Positions 47,148 through 62,614 of a stretch of DNA of 64,000 nucleotides are shown here, one piece after another. Each line of letters starts with the position of its first letter. Position 1 is the first letter of the stretch. Position numbers and translations under genes: made by a program. This DNA comes from Rubrivivax sp. (GTDB lineage Bacteria > Pseudomonadota > Gammaproteobacteria > Burkholderiales > Burkholderiaceae_C). The notes beneath the pieces were generated by a model. The model did not search any database, had not been told where the DNA came from, and was given only the letters and a program-made list of their open reading frames with translations. The stretch lies in the NCBI GenBank assembly GCA_051861265.1, contig JBHYDA010000013.1, positions 54,208 through 118,207 on the forward strand, read 5' to 3'.

Positions 47148-48166
47148 GTGCGGCTCCCTTCACTGCGGCGCAGGCGGTTCAGCAAGACCTTGGACAGCGC
47201 CAACACCACGAAGGTGATGAAGAACAGCACGAGGCCCAGGTAAATCAAGGCCGCCTGGTGCAGTCCTTCGCTGGCCTCGGCGAACTCGTTGGCCAATGCC
47301 GAAGTGATGCTGTTGGCGGCCTGGAAGAGCGACAGGTTGTCCAGCTGGTTGAAGTTGCCAATCACAAAAGTGACGGCCATGGTCTCGCCCAGAGCCCGGC
47401 CCAGGCCCAGCATGGTGGCGCCGACAACGCCCGTCTTGGTGTAGGGCAGCACAACCTTGGAGACAACCTCCCAGGTCGTCGACCCCAGCCCGTAGGCCGA
47501 TTCCTTCAGCAGCGCCGGCGTGGTCTCGAAGACGTCACGCATCACCGCAGCGATGAAAGGAATGATCATGATGGCCAGGATGATGCCGGCCGACAGGATG
47601 CCGATGCCCACGGGCGGGCCGGAGAACAGCGCACCGAGCACTGGCACGTCACCAAAGGCGCCCTGCAGTGGCTGCTGCACATAGGTGGCGAGGATGGGCC
47701 CGAAAACCAACAGGCCCCACATGCCGTAGACGATGGACGGCACCGCCGCCAGCAGTTCGATGGCCACGCCCAGCGGGCGCTTCAGCCAGGAGGGCGACAG
47801 CTCGGTGAGGAAAACCGCGATGCCGAAACTCACGGGCACGGCGATCAGCAGCGCGATGAAACTCGTCATCAGCGTGCCGTAGATCATCACCAAGCCGCCG
47901 AACTTCAGCTGCACCGGGTCCCACTCGGTGGAGACCAGAAAACCCAAGCCGAACTCGCGGATGGCCGGCATGGCCCCCACCACCAGCGAGACGATGATGC
48001 CGACCAGCAGCAGCAGCGTCACCCAGGCGGCCGCGTGAGCCAGGAAGGAAAAGGCGGTGTCGGCCCAGGGCCAGACACGACGCCGGCCGGGCGGATCGCC
48101 CAGAGGGGAGGCTCGCTCCATCTTTTTGTTCTCGGGGTATGGACTGGCGGGCAGTGTAGCGGCCAT
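47144..48166 (-). CDS. pstC: Phosphate ABC transporter permease
   Basis: [30 protein letters not shown]-like LANEFAE. Confidence 0.95.
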   Translation of the reverse strand: MAATLPASPYPENKKMERASPLGDPPGRRRVWPWADTAFSFLAHAAAWVTLLLLVGIIVSLVVGAMPAIREFGLGFLVSTEWDPVQLKFGGLVMIYGTLMTSFIALLIAVPVSFGIAVFLTELSPSWLKRPLGVAIELLAAVPSIVYGMWGLLVFGPILATYVQQPLQGAFGDVPVLGALFSGPPVGIGILSAGIILAIMIIPFIAAVMRDVFETTPALLKESAYGLGSTTWEVVSKVVLPYTKTGVVGATMLGLGRALGETMAVTFVIGNFNQLDNLSLFQAANSITSALANEFAEASEGLHQAALIYLGLVLFFITFVVLALSKVLLNRLRRSEGSRT

Positions 48167-48199
48167 GGGGCCTCCGCTCGGACGCAGGAAGGGCACTGG

Positions 48200-48244
48200 G
48201 CTGCCTCACCAGCGCCGCCTGCCGGCGGCCTGGTAGCTGGCAGC
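48200..48244 (-). other. Long stem-loop between pstS and pstC (candidate mRNA stabiliser or partial terminator)
   Basis: Nested arms GCTGCC/GGCAGC, ACCAG/CTGGT and GCCGCC/GGCGGC. Confidence 0.65.
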
Positions 48245-48252
48245 TCAACGGC

Positions 48253-49287
48253 TTACTTGAAGGCGATGGGCTTGCCCGCCCCATCCTTCAGGCTGTCGGC
48301 CCACTGCTTGCGCACGAGGTCCTTCACCGAGGCCGGCAGCGGCACGTAGTCCAGCTCGTCGGCCATCTTGTCGCCGTTGGCGTAGGCCCAATCGAAGAAC
48401 TTCAGGGCGTTGCTGGCATTCGCCGGCTTGTCCTGCTGCTTGTGCATCAGGATGAAGGTGGCGCCCGTGATAGGCCAGCTGTCCTTGCCGGGCTGCTCGG
48501 TGAGCACCTGGAAGAAGCTCTTCTGCCATTCCGCGCCGGCAGCGGCGGCCTTGAAGGCGGTGTCCGACGGCGGAACAAAGGCGCCGTCCTTGTTGCGCAT
48601 CAGCACGTAGCTCATCTTGTTCTGCTTGGCGTAGGCGTACTCGACGTAACCGATCGAGTTCGGCAGGCGCAGCGTGAAGGCGGAGACCCCTTCGTTGCCC
48701 TTGCCGCCGGCGCCTACGGGCCAGTTCACGGCCGTGCCTTCACCAACCTTGGCTTTCCACTCTGCGTTCACCTTCGACAGGTAGTTCGTGAACAGGAAGG
48801 TGGTGCCAGAACCGTCGGCACGGCGCACAGGTGCGATCGCAGCGTCCGGCAGCGGCACGCCGGGGTTCAGGGCCACCAGCGCCGGATCGTTCCACTTGGT
48901 GATCTTCCCGAGGTAGATGTCGCCCAGTACCTGGCCGTTCATCTTGATCTGCCCGGGGGCGATGCCCTTGATGTTCACCACCGGCACCACGCCGCCGATG
49001 ACGGTCGGGAACTGGATCAGGCCGTCCTTGGCCAGTTCGGCGTCGGTCAGCGGCGCGTCCGTCGCGCCGAAATCCACCGTCTTGCCGCGGATCTGGCGAA
49101 TGCCAGCGCCCGAACCCACCGACTGGTAGTTGATACGCGCACCGACGGCCTTGTTGTAGGCGTCAGCCCACTTGGCGTATACCGGGGCGGGGAAAGAGGC
49201 ACCTGCACCCGTCACGTCTTGCGCGAAGGCGGAGGCGGTGAAGACCGTGACAGCGGCGGCAAGGGCGGCGCGGCGGAAGAGATTCAT
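48253..49287 (-). CDS. pstS: Phosphate ABC transporter substrate-binding protein
   Basis: GAGASFP, YQSVGSGAG, RRADGSGTT, GGKGNEGV, WPITGATF. Confidence 0.97.
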   Translation of the reverse strand: MNLFRRAALAAAVTVFTASAFAQDVTGAGASFPAPVYAKWADAYNKAVGARINYQSVGSGAGIRQIRGKTVDFGATDAPLTDAELAKDGLIQFPTVIGGVVPVVNIKGIAPGQIKMNGQVLGDIYLGKITKWNDPALVALNPGVPLPDAAIAPVRRADGSGTTFLFTNYLSKVNAEWKAKVGEGTAVNWPVGAGGKGNEGVSAFTLRLPNSIGYVEYAYAKQNKMSYVLMRNKDGAFVPPSDTAFKAAAAGAEWQKSFFQVLTEQPGKDSWPITGATFILMHKQQDKPANASNALKFFDWAYANGDKMADELDYVPLPASVKDLVRKQWADSLKDGAGKPIAFK

Positions 49288-49343
49288 GCGTAGACCTCGG
49301 TGAGTGCGAAAGTTGGCAATGCACGGCAGTTTAGGCAGGCTCG

Positions 49344-49361
49344 ATGACGACTCCGTGACAT
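49344..49361 (-). promoter_or_regulatory. Pho box of the pstS promoter (ATGTCAC-GGAG-TCGTCAT)
   Basis: Two GTCA half-sites 11 nt apart, ending 10 nt upstream of a TAAACT -10 box (49328-49333). Confidence 0.8.
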
Positions 49362-49412
49362 CACAAAGCCCCACCAAGCTTCCGGGCGGGTTTGTGACAG
49401 GCCGCCATGCTT

Positions 49413-49430
49413 CCGTCACGAATCAGTCAT
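49413..49430 (+). promoter_or_regulatory. Second Pho box (CCGTCAC-GAAT-CAGTCAT) facing the fasciclin gene
   Basis: GTCA half-sites 11 nt apart, ending 10 nt upstream of TAGCCT (49441-49446). Confidence 0.65.
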
Positions 49431-49485
49431 GGACGCGGCCTAGCCTTACGGGCCGCAACCTCAACCTCCCCCGGAGCCCACGCCC

Positions 49486-49977
49486 ATGACCTTCATCCGC
49501 AGAACCTGGCTGCTCGCCCCTGCCGCACTCGCCCTGGCCGCCATGGTTGGCTGCGCCACCACGCCGGCGCCTGCCACGGTCGCAGAAACCGCGGCACGCA
49601 CGCCCCAGCTGTCGACGCTCACCAAGCTCATCGCCGACGCCGGCCTGACCGACACGCTCAAGGGCAGCGGGCCCTTCACCGTCTTTGCGCCCAGCGACGA
49701 AGCCTTCAAGGCCGTGCCGGCCAAGACGATGGCCGAACTGGCTGCCAACAAAGAACTCTTGCGTTCGGTGCTGACCTACCACGTCGTCGCGGGCAAAGTG
49801 ATGGCCGCGGATGTCAAGACTGGCAACGTCAAATCGGTGCAAGGTGCCAATCTGGCCGTGGCCAAGGCCGGCACCTTCGTGACGGTCGAAGATGCGGTGG
49901 TGACGCAGGCCGACGTCGGCGCGACCAATGGCGTGGTGCACATCATCGACAAGGTGATGATGCCCCCGCGCCGCTGA
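49486..49977 (+). CDS. Fasciclin (FAS1) domain lipoprotein
   Basis: Lipobox MVGC; FTVFAPSDEAF, LTYHVV, NGVVHIIDKV. Confidence 0.92.
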   Translation: MTFIRRTWLLAPAALALAAMVGCATTPAPATVAETAARTPQLSTLTKLIADAGLTDTLKGSGPFTVFAPSDEAFKAVPAKTMAELAANKELLRSVLTYHVVAGKVMAADVKTGNVKSVQGANLAVAKAGTFVTVEDAVVTQADVGATNGVVHIIDKVMMPPRR

Positions 49978-50032
49978 TCGACTGATCAGCCAGCGCTTCG
50001 TCCCTGGCCCTGCCGGGGACGGGGTCGCGCGT

Positions 50033-51367
50033 TCAGGCGGCCGCCGCCGCCTCGGCCATGCGCTCGGCGCAGCGGCGCCCCAGGGCCGCATCCCGAGCTT
50101 CCACCATCACACGGAGCACCGGTTCGGTGCCCGATGCACGGATGAGCACGCGGCCGCTGCTGCCGAGGTCGCGCTCGGCCTGCTCGCGGGCCTCAGCCAG
50201 CTGCGGGCTCTGCCGCCAGTCGCTGCCTTCGCGCAGGCGCACGTTGATCATCGTCTGGGGGCAGAGTTCGACACCCTCGAGCAGGCCAGCCAGGGTGCCG
50301 CCGCTGCGGCGCACCGCTTGCAGCACCTGCAAGGCGCTGACGATGCCGTCGCCCGTGGTGTGGCAGTCGAGCGCCAGCAGATGGCCGGAGCTCTCACCGC
50401 CCAGTTGCCAGCCGTGGGCGCTGAGTTCTTCCAGCACGTAACGGTCGCCAACCTTGGCACGCACCAGACGAACGCCACGGGCCGCCAGGGCCTGCTCGAC
50501 CGCGATGTTCGTCATCAGCGTGCCGACCACGCCCGGCACGGCCTGGCGTTGCGCCAGCCGGTCAATGGCCATCACGTAGAGCAACTCGTCGCCGTTGTAG
50601 AGCCGGCCCTGAGCGTCCACGAGTTGCAGCCGGTCGGCGTCGCCGTCCAGCGCGATGCCGTAATCGGCCCGGTGTTCGGCCACCGCCTTCACCAGGGCCT
50701 GGGGCGAGGTCGCCCCGACTCCGGCATTGATGTTCAGGCCGTCGGGGCTGCACCCGATCTTCACGACCGCCGCGCCCAGTTCGTGGAACACGTCGGGCGC
50801 CACGTGGTAGGCCGCACCGTGGGCGGCATCGACCACCACCTTCATGCCGCGCAGCGACAGGCTGTTGGGCACCGTGCTCTTGCAGAACTCGATGTAGCGG
50901 CCGCCGGCGTCATCGAGCCGGCGAGCCTTGCCCAGGCGCGCCGAATCGACCCACTGCGGCGTGCGCTGAAGTTCGGCCTCGACCTCGAGTTCCCAGGTGT
51001 CGGGCAGTTTCTCGCCCTTGGCGGAGAAGAACTTGACACCGTTGTCGTCGAATGGGTTGTGCGAGGCACTGATGACCACGCCCAGATCCAGGCGCAGCGC
51101 CCGCGTCAGGTAGGCCACGCCCGGCGTCGGCAGCGGGCCGCTGAGCAGCACATCAACGCCGGCCGACGCGAAACCGGCTTCGAGCGATGACTCGATCATG
51201 TAGCCCGAGATGCGGGTGTCCTTGCCGATCAGCACGGTGGCGGCGCGGCCGCTGCGGCGCAACACCTGGCCCACGGCATGGCCGAGGCGCAGCATGAAGT
51301 CGGGGGTGATGGGGCTCTGACCGACCGTGCCACGAATGCCGTCGGTGCCGAAATACGCTCTGCTCAT
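50033..51367 (-). CDS. glmM: Phosphoglucosamine mutase
   Basis: [35 protein letters not shown]. Confidence 0.97.
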   Translation of the reverse strand: MSRAYFGTDGIRGTVGQSPITPDFMLRLGHAVGQVLRRSGRAATVLIGKDTRISGYMIESSLEAGFASAGVDVLLSGPLPTPGVAYLTRALRLDLGVVISASHNPFDDNGVKFFSAKGEKLPDTWELEVEAELQRTPQWVDSARLGKARRLDDAGGRYIEFCKSTVPNSLSLRGMKVVVDAAHGAAYHVAPDVFHELGAAVVKIGCSPDGLNINAGVGATSPQALVKAVAEHRADYGIALDGDADRLQLVDAQGRLYNGDELLYVMAIDRLAQRQAVPGVVGTLMTNIAVEQALAARGVRLVRAKVGDRYVLEELSAHGWQLGGESSGHLLALDCHTTGDGIVSALQVLQAVRRSGGTLAGLLEGVELCPQTMINVRLREGSDWRQSPQLAEAREQAERDLGSSGRVLIRASGTEPVLRVMVEARDAALGRRCAERMAEAAAAA

Positions 51368-51434
51368 TGTTGTTCTCTCCTCTGACCATTTTCTCTCGGC
51401 GCAGACCGTGCCCGGCCCGTCCTCTCGGGTGCCT

Positions 51435-52310
51435 TCACGCCCGCGTGATGCTGTGCACAGGCCGTCCGGGTTCAGCAGCCGTCTGCCACACCTTCAAGGC
51501 ATCGACCGTGGCGGCGACATCGTGCACACGCACCACGGCTGCGCCATGGTGCACCGCAGCCAAGGCTGCGGCAACACTGGCCGCGAGGCGCTCTCCGACA
51601 GGCCGCCCGGTGATGAGGCCCAGCGTGCCCTTGCGCGACCACCCCACCAGGAGCGGCCGGGGCACCGCCGCCGCCAATGCGCGCTGCTCGCGCAGCAGCC
51701 GCAGATTGTCTTGCGGACCTTTGGCAAAGCCGATGCCTGGATCGAGCATCACGCGCCCGTGACCGACCCCGGCGGCCTGCACATCGGCCAGGCGCTGCCG
51801 CAGCCAGGCCCCCACCTCGGCCACGACATCGGCGTAGTCCGCCATCGACTGCATCGTGTCGGGCTCGCCACGCATGTGCATGAGGCAAACGCCCGCCGAG
51901 GCATGGCCGGCCACGCAGGCCAGCGCGCCGGGCCGGCGCAGGGAACGAACGTCGTTGACGATGTCCACGCCCAGGGCGAGGGCGTGCTGCATCACCAGCG
52001 GTTCGCTCGTGTCCACGGACACCGGCACGCCCAGGGACAAGGCGCCTTCGAGCACCGGCAACACGCGCGCCAGTTCGTCCTCTGCCGCCAGCCCTGTGGC
52101 GCCGGGGCGGGTGGATTCGCCGCCGATGTCCAGGATGTCGGCACCTTCGGCCACCAAGCGTTCGCAGTGGGCCAGTGCGGCGCGGGTGCTGGCGTTGCGC
52201 CCGCCGTCCGAGAACGAATCTGGCGTCACATTGACGATGCCCATGACCTGAGGGCGCGAGAGATCGATGAAGAAACGCGTGGTCTGCCAGTGGGTGTGCG
52301 TGGCGGTCAA
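51435..52310 (-). CDS. folP: Dihydropteroate synthase (start uncertain; TTG at 52310 used)
   Basis: [44 protein letters not shown]. Confidence 0.95.
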   Translation of the reverse strand: MTATHTHWQTTRFFIDLSRPQVMGIVNVTPDSFSDGGRNASTRAALAHCERLVAEGADILDIGGESTRPGATGLAAEDELARVLPVLEGALSLGVPVSVDTSEPLVMQHALALGVDIVNDVRSLRRPGALACVAGHASAGVCLMHMRGEPDTMQSMADYADVVAEVGAWLRQRLADVQAAGVGHGRVMLDPGIGFAKGPQDNLRLLREQRALAAAVPRPLLVGWSRKGTLGLITGRPVGERLAASVAAALAAVHHGAAVVRVHDVAATVDALKVWQTAAEPGRPVHSITRA

Positions 52311-52355
52311 GGTCCGGGGCTCCGCGGGGCGGCCGCGAAGAACGGCCGGGCAATG

Positions 52356-52377
52356 AAAAGCGGGGCCGAAGCCCCGC
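52356..52377 (-). terminator. Intrinsic terminator after ftsH
   Basis: GCGGGGC-TTCG-GCCCCGC-TTTT on the minus strand. Confidence 0.85.
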
Positions 52378-52401
52378 TGCCTGGTCACAACCGGAAGGCG
52401 A

Positions 52402-54309
<1,908 letters not shown>

Positions 54310-54503
54310 CGCGGCTCCTTTTCCAGTTCAGCGGGTCGGCGTGCCGGATTCGACACGCCGCGATCCACGGTAGTTGGGGTTGATTCTAGAGCAGTCAAGG
54401 GTATGCAAACGCCAGCTGAGAGGGTAAGGAGAAGGACAAAACGACCGCTGTTGCCCAGCAGAACCCCGGCTCGGGGCTGGGCTGGAACACGATCCGTCGC
54501 AGA

Positions 54504-55163
54504 TTAGCGGCCTTTCAGTCCCACGCCGACCAGAAAGGTTTCTGCAGACTTGTCCCGAGACGCCTTGGGTTTGATGGCCTTGGCGGTGCGGAAGGTTTGC
54601 CGGAACAGCGAAACCAGGGTGTTGTAGCCACTGCCGTGAAAACACTTGCAAACAAGGGCGCCGTCGGGTTTCAGGTGGTGGACTGCGAAATCCACGGCCA
54701 GTTCCACCAAGTGCTCGACGCGGGCGGTGTCGGTCACTTCGATGCCCGAGAGGTTGGGCGCCATGTCCGAGACCACCACGTCCACCGCGCGCCCCTGCAA
54801 TGCGTCGTGCAACTGCTGCGCCACGGCCTCCTCGCGGAAGTCGCCCTGGATGAACTGCACGCCTTCGATGGGCTCGAAATCGAGCAGGTCCAGTGCGATC
54901 ACCGTGCCCCGCAGTTCACCCACGGCAGCGCCCTCCGGGGCGAAGCGGCGCCGTAGGTACTGGCTCCAGGCGCCCGGTGAAGCGCCGAGATCGACCACCA
55001 CCTGGCCCGGGCGGATCAGCCGCAGCGTCTCGTCGATCTCCTTGAGCTTGTAGGCCGCGCGGGCCCGGTAGCCCTCGCGCTGGGCCAACTTGACGTAGGG
55101 ATCGTTGACGTGGTCGTTGAGCCACGCCTTGTTGATCTTCTTGCTTTTGCTGTCGATCTTCAT
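54504..55163 (-). CDS. rlmE: 23S rRNA Um2552 methyltransferase
   Basis: [30 protein letters not shown]. Confidence 0.95.
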   Translation of the reverse strand: MKIDSKSKKINKAWLNDHVNDPYVKLAQREGYRARAAYKLKEIDETLRLIRPGQVVVDLGASPGAWSQYLRRRFAPEGAAVGELRGTVIALDLLDFEPIEGVQFIQGDFREEAVAQQLHDALQGRAVDVVVSDMAPNLSGIEVTDTARVEHLVELAVDFAVHHLKPDGALVCKCFHGSGYNTLVSLFRQTFRTAKAIKPKASRDKSAETFLVGVGLKGR

Positions 55164-55183
55164 TCACGTTCGATAATACGGTC

Positions 55184-55660
55184 ATGACCGCCATCCAGCT
55201 CACCCCCGCCGAACGCAAGGAGCACCGCTCCGAAGCCCACCATCTGGACCCGGTCGTCATGATCGGTGGCGACGGGCTCACGCCCGCCGTCGAGAAAGAA
55301 GTGAACGCCGCCCTCAACGCCCACGGGCTGATCAAGGTGCGGGTGTTCTCTGACGACCGCGCAGCCAGAGAAGCCATGCTGGCCACCTTGGCCGACAAGC
55401 TGGAAGCCGCGCCCATCCAGCACATCGGCAAGCTGCTGGTGCTGTGGCGCCCGATTCCTGAGAAGGAAGCAGCGCCGCGCGACGACCGCAAGCCGGGCCC
55501 GCGCACCGTCAAACTGGTGAGCTTCTCCAAGAGTGGCAACCACCGCGCCACGGTCAAGACCGTCAAGGTCTTCGGCAACGAGCGTGTCACCGCCGGCGGT
55601 TCGATCAAGCGCGTGAAGAAGCGCGTGACCAGCGTGAAGAAGAAGGCCCAGGCTCAGTGA
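55184..55660 (+). CDS. yhbY: YhbY/CRM RNA-binding protein
   Basis: AHHLDPVVMIG, HGLIKVR, QHIGKLLVLWR; Lys/Arg-rich tail. Confidence 0.92.
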   Translation: MTAIQLTPAERKEHRSEAHHLDPVVMIGGDGLTPAVEKEVNAALNAHGLIKVRVFSDDRAAREAMLATLADKLEAAPIQHIGKLLVLWRPIPEKEAAPRDDRKPGPRTVKLVSFSKSGNHRATVKTVKVFGNERVTAGGSIKRVKKRVTSVKKKAQAQ

Positions 55661-56106
55661 GCCGGCGGCCTGGCGGCGCGCCAGGCCAGGGCCAGCACCA
55701 GCAGGCCCTTGATCACATAGAACGCGGCACTCGCCGCGTGCAGCTGGCCGAAACTGAAAGCACCCTGCCCGGCCTTGGCCGCCGGCATCAGCGGTTGGAT
55801 GGCGAAGTAGCCGGCCACCGTGCAGAACAGCGCGCCCAGCGCCAGCACCATGCCTGCGCTGAACTGCGGGCCGGTGCCCGCCAGCGCGGCACGGCGCGCG
55901 GCCACACGCTCCAGCGCGACCATCACCACGCCCAGCGCCAGACTCGTGTAGGCCTCTTGCGCCAGCATGCGCCCCACCAGGCGGCCAGCCTCGGCCCCAC
56001 TGAGCTGGGCGAAGACTGCCGGCGTGGCCAACAGCGCCACGCACAGCAACCAGCCGGCCCACAAACCGGGCAGCAGCCGGCGGGCGCGTTCCAGCAGCGC
56101 GGGCAT
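55657..56106 (-). CDS. DUF4149-family membrane protein
   Basis: Four TM helices; FGQLHAAS; usual position after greA. Confidence 0.75.
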
Positions 56107-56582
56107 CAGACGTAGCGCACGTCCACGATTTCCCAGCGGCGCAAGCCGCCGGGCGCCTGCACCTCGGCCACGTCGCCGGCTTCCTTGCCGATGAGCGCGC
56201 GCGCGATCGGGCTGCTGATGGAGATCAGGCCCTGCTTGAGGTCGGCCTCGTCGTCGCCCACGATCTGGTAGGTGACCTTGGCGCCGCTGTCCTCGTCTTC
56301 CAGATCGACCGTGGTGCCGAAGACCACCTTGCCGCCTGCGTCCAACGACGAAGGGTCGATGACCTGGGCCGCAGCCAGCTTGGACTCGAGTTCCTTGATG
56401 CGGCCTTCGATGAAGCCCTGCTTGTCCTTGGCGGCGTCGTACTCGGCGTTCTCGGAGAGATCGCCCTGGGCACGGGCTTCGCTGATGGCCTGGATCACGG
56501 CATGCCGCTCCACCGACTTGAGCCGGTGCAGTTCGCTCTTCAGCAGTTCGGCGCCGCGACGCGTGAGGGGAATGGTGACCAT
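56106..56582 (-). CDS. greA: Transcription elongation factor GreA
   Basis: GDLSENAEY, ISISSPIARALIGK. Confidence 0.97.
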   Translation of the reverse strand: MVTIPLTRRGAELLKSELHRLKSVERHAVIQAISEARAQGDLSENAEYDAAKDKQGFIEGRIKELESKLAAAQVIDPSSLDAGGKVVFGTTVDLEDEDSGAKVTYQIVGDDEADLKQGLISISSPIARALIGKEAGDVAEVQAPGGLRRWEIVDVRYV

Positions 56583-56612
56583 GGGGACAACTGCGCGAAG
56601 CAAGAGTGGGGC

Positions 56613-56676
56613 AAAAGTGACTCCGCCGCAGGGAGCCCCTCAAGGGCGGCCTGCGGCGGAGGACGAGCGGCGGAGT
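56613..56676 (-). terminator. Terminator/attenuator-like hairpin between carB and greA
   Basis: 12-bp arms CTCCGCCGCAGG / CCTGCGGCGGAG followed by TCACTTTT; an extra copy of the 5' arm lies directly after the carB stop. Confidence 0.6.
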
Positions 56677-61120
<4,444 letters not shown>

Positions 61121-61309
61121 AGGCAAAGCTCCGGGGTTCGCGCGCACCCAGCGCCTGAACCTTGCCCCTGCTTGCGCAAGGGTGTGGGGCCAGGGTCCGA
61201 GGGGAAACCGACTGCGGAGTTTCGCTAGGGCTGCGTTGTTAGCGGGTAAACCGCCGGAGTATAGCCGGCCCCAGGGCCCCTTTCGGGCAAACCCGTGGCT
61301 GCAACGGCC

Positions 61310-61717
61310 TCAAAGGCCCAATGCAGCGATGCCGGCGCGCGCGATCTGGGCGTCTTCGGTCGACTTCACGCCGCTCACGCCGACGGCACCCACCACCTGC
61401 CCTTCGGCGACGATGGGCACGCCGCCTTCGAGCATGCCGCTGAGCACGGGCGCGCTGAGGAAGGACACGCGGCCGCCATTGATCATGTCTTCGTAGACCT
61501 TGCTTTCACGGCGGCCGAGCGCTGCGGTGCGGGCCTTGGCCGGCGCAATCTCTGCGGAGATCGGTGCTGCGCCGTCCAGGCGCTGCAGCCACAGCAGGTG
61601 GCCGCCGTCGTCGGCGATGGCGATGGTCACGGCCCAGTTGTTCTTCAAGGCTTCGGCTTCGGCGGCGGCCGCGATGGCGCGCACGTCCTCGAGGGTGAGT
61701 GAGGGTTTGGTTTTCAT
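61310..61717 (-). CDS. GlcG/HbpS-family heme-binding protein (DUF336)
   Basis: IADDGGHL, KARTAA, EGGVPIV, GAVGVSG, EDAQIA. Confidence 0.88.
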   Translation of the reverse strand: MKTKPSLTLEDVRAIAAAAEAEALKNNWAVTIAIADDGGHLLWLQRLDGAAPISAEIAPAKARTAALGRRESKVYEDMINGGRVSFLSAPVLSGMLEGGVPIVAEGQVVGAVGVSGVKSTEDAQIARAGIAALGL

Positions 61718-61851
61718 GGGCACGACGATAACGTCCCGGCAGCGCCCTAAGACGTGGCGCCGGCTAAGGGCATGCCCGGGTAGGCCCCGGCTCCGTAGAA
61801 TCCGTGGGTGCGTCAAACTCGACGCGTCATTCACTTCCCGGAGGTTGTTCC

Positions 61852-62547
61852 ATGAACGAAAGCGTGCAGAACTATCCAGGCGTGGCCGGTAGCGGCGCGC
61901 TGGCGGCACAACGCAACCGCGTGCTGCGCAACACCTACTGGCTGCTGGCCTTGTCGATGGTGCCCACGGTGCTGGGCGCCTGGGTGGGCGTGCAGACCGG
62001 CATGCTGCGGGGCCTGGGCATGGGTCTCAGCATGATCCTGTTCCTGGGTGGCGCCTTCGGTTTCATGTTCGCCATCGAGAAGTTCAAGAACTCGGCAGCG
62101 GGCGTGCCCATCCTGCTGGGCTTCACCTTCTTCATGGGCCTGATGCTGTCTCGCCTGGTGGGCGCGGTGCTGGGCCTGAACAACGGCGCCAGCCTGATCA
62201 TGACCGCCTTCGCCGGCACGGGCGCGGTGTTCCTGGGCATGGCCAGCCTGAGCACGGTGATCAAGCGTGACCTGTCGCAGATGGGCAAGTTCATGTTCAT
62301 CGGCGTCATCCTGCTGCTGGTGGTCGGTATCGCCAACATCTTCATCCAGAGCAGCGCGCTGATGATCACGCTGTCGGTGCTGGCGATCGGCATCTTCTCC
62401 TTCTTCATCCTGCACGACCTGAAGCGCGTGCAAGACGGCGAAGAGACGAACTACATCACCGCCACCCTGGGCGTGTACCTGAGCGTCTACAACGTCTTCA
62501 GCAACCTGCTGGCTCTGCTGGGCATCTTCGGCGGCGAACGCGAATAA
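61852..62547 (+). CDS. yccA: Bax inhibitor-1 / YccA membrane protein
   Basis: VLRNTYWLL, seven TM segments, NYITATLGVYLSVYN. Confidence 0.9.
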   Translation: MNESVQNYPGVAGSGALAAQRNRVLRNTYWLLALSMVPTVLGAWVGVQTGMLRGLGMGLSMILFLGGAFGFMFAIEKFKNSAAGVPILLGFTFFMGLMLSRLVGAVLGLNNGASLIMTAFAGTGAVFLGMASLSTVIKRDLSQMGKFMFIGVILLLVVGIANIFIQSSALMITLSVLAIGIFSFFILHDLKRVQDGEETNYITATLGVYLSVYNVFSNLLALLGIFGGERE

Positions 62548-62567
62548 GCTGCGCTGCATCCCATGAC

Positions 62568-62594
62568 AAACGGGGCTTTCGGGCCCCGTTTTTT
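62568..62594. terminator. Bidirectional intrinsic terminator between yccA and rlmD
   Basis: AAACGGGGC-loop-GCCCCGTTT followed by a T-run, between convergent genes. Confidence 0.85.
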
Positions 62595-62614
62595 CATGCC
62601 TGCCGCATGGGCCT

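Noticed and set aside
61121-61265. Leader peptide or pyrimidine attenuator upstream of carA
   Set aside because: A TATACT -10 box and small hairpins are present, but there is no credible uORF or U-tract terminator, and the carA start itself is uncertain.
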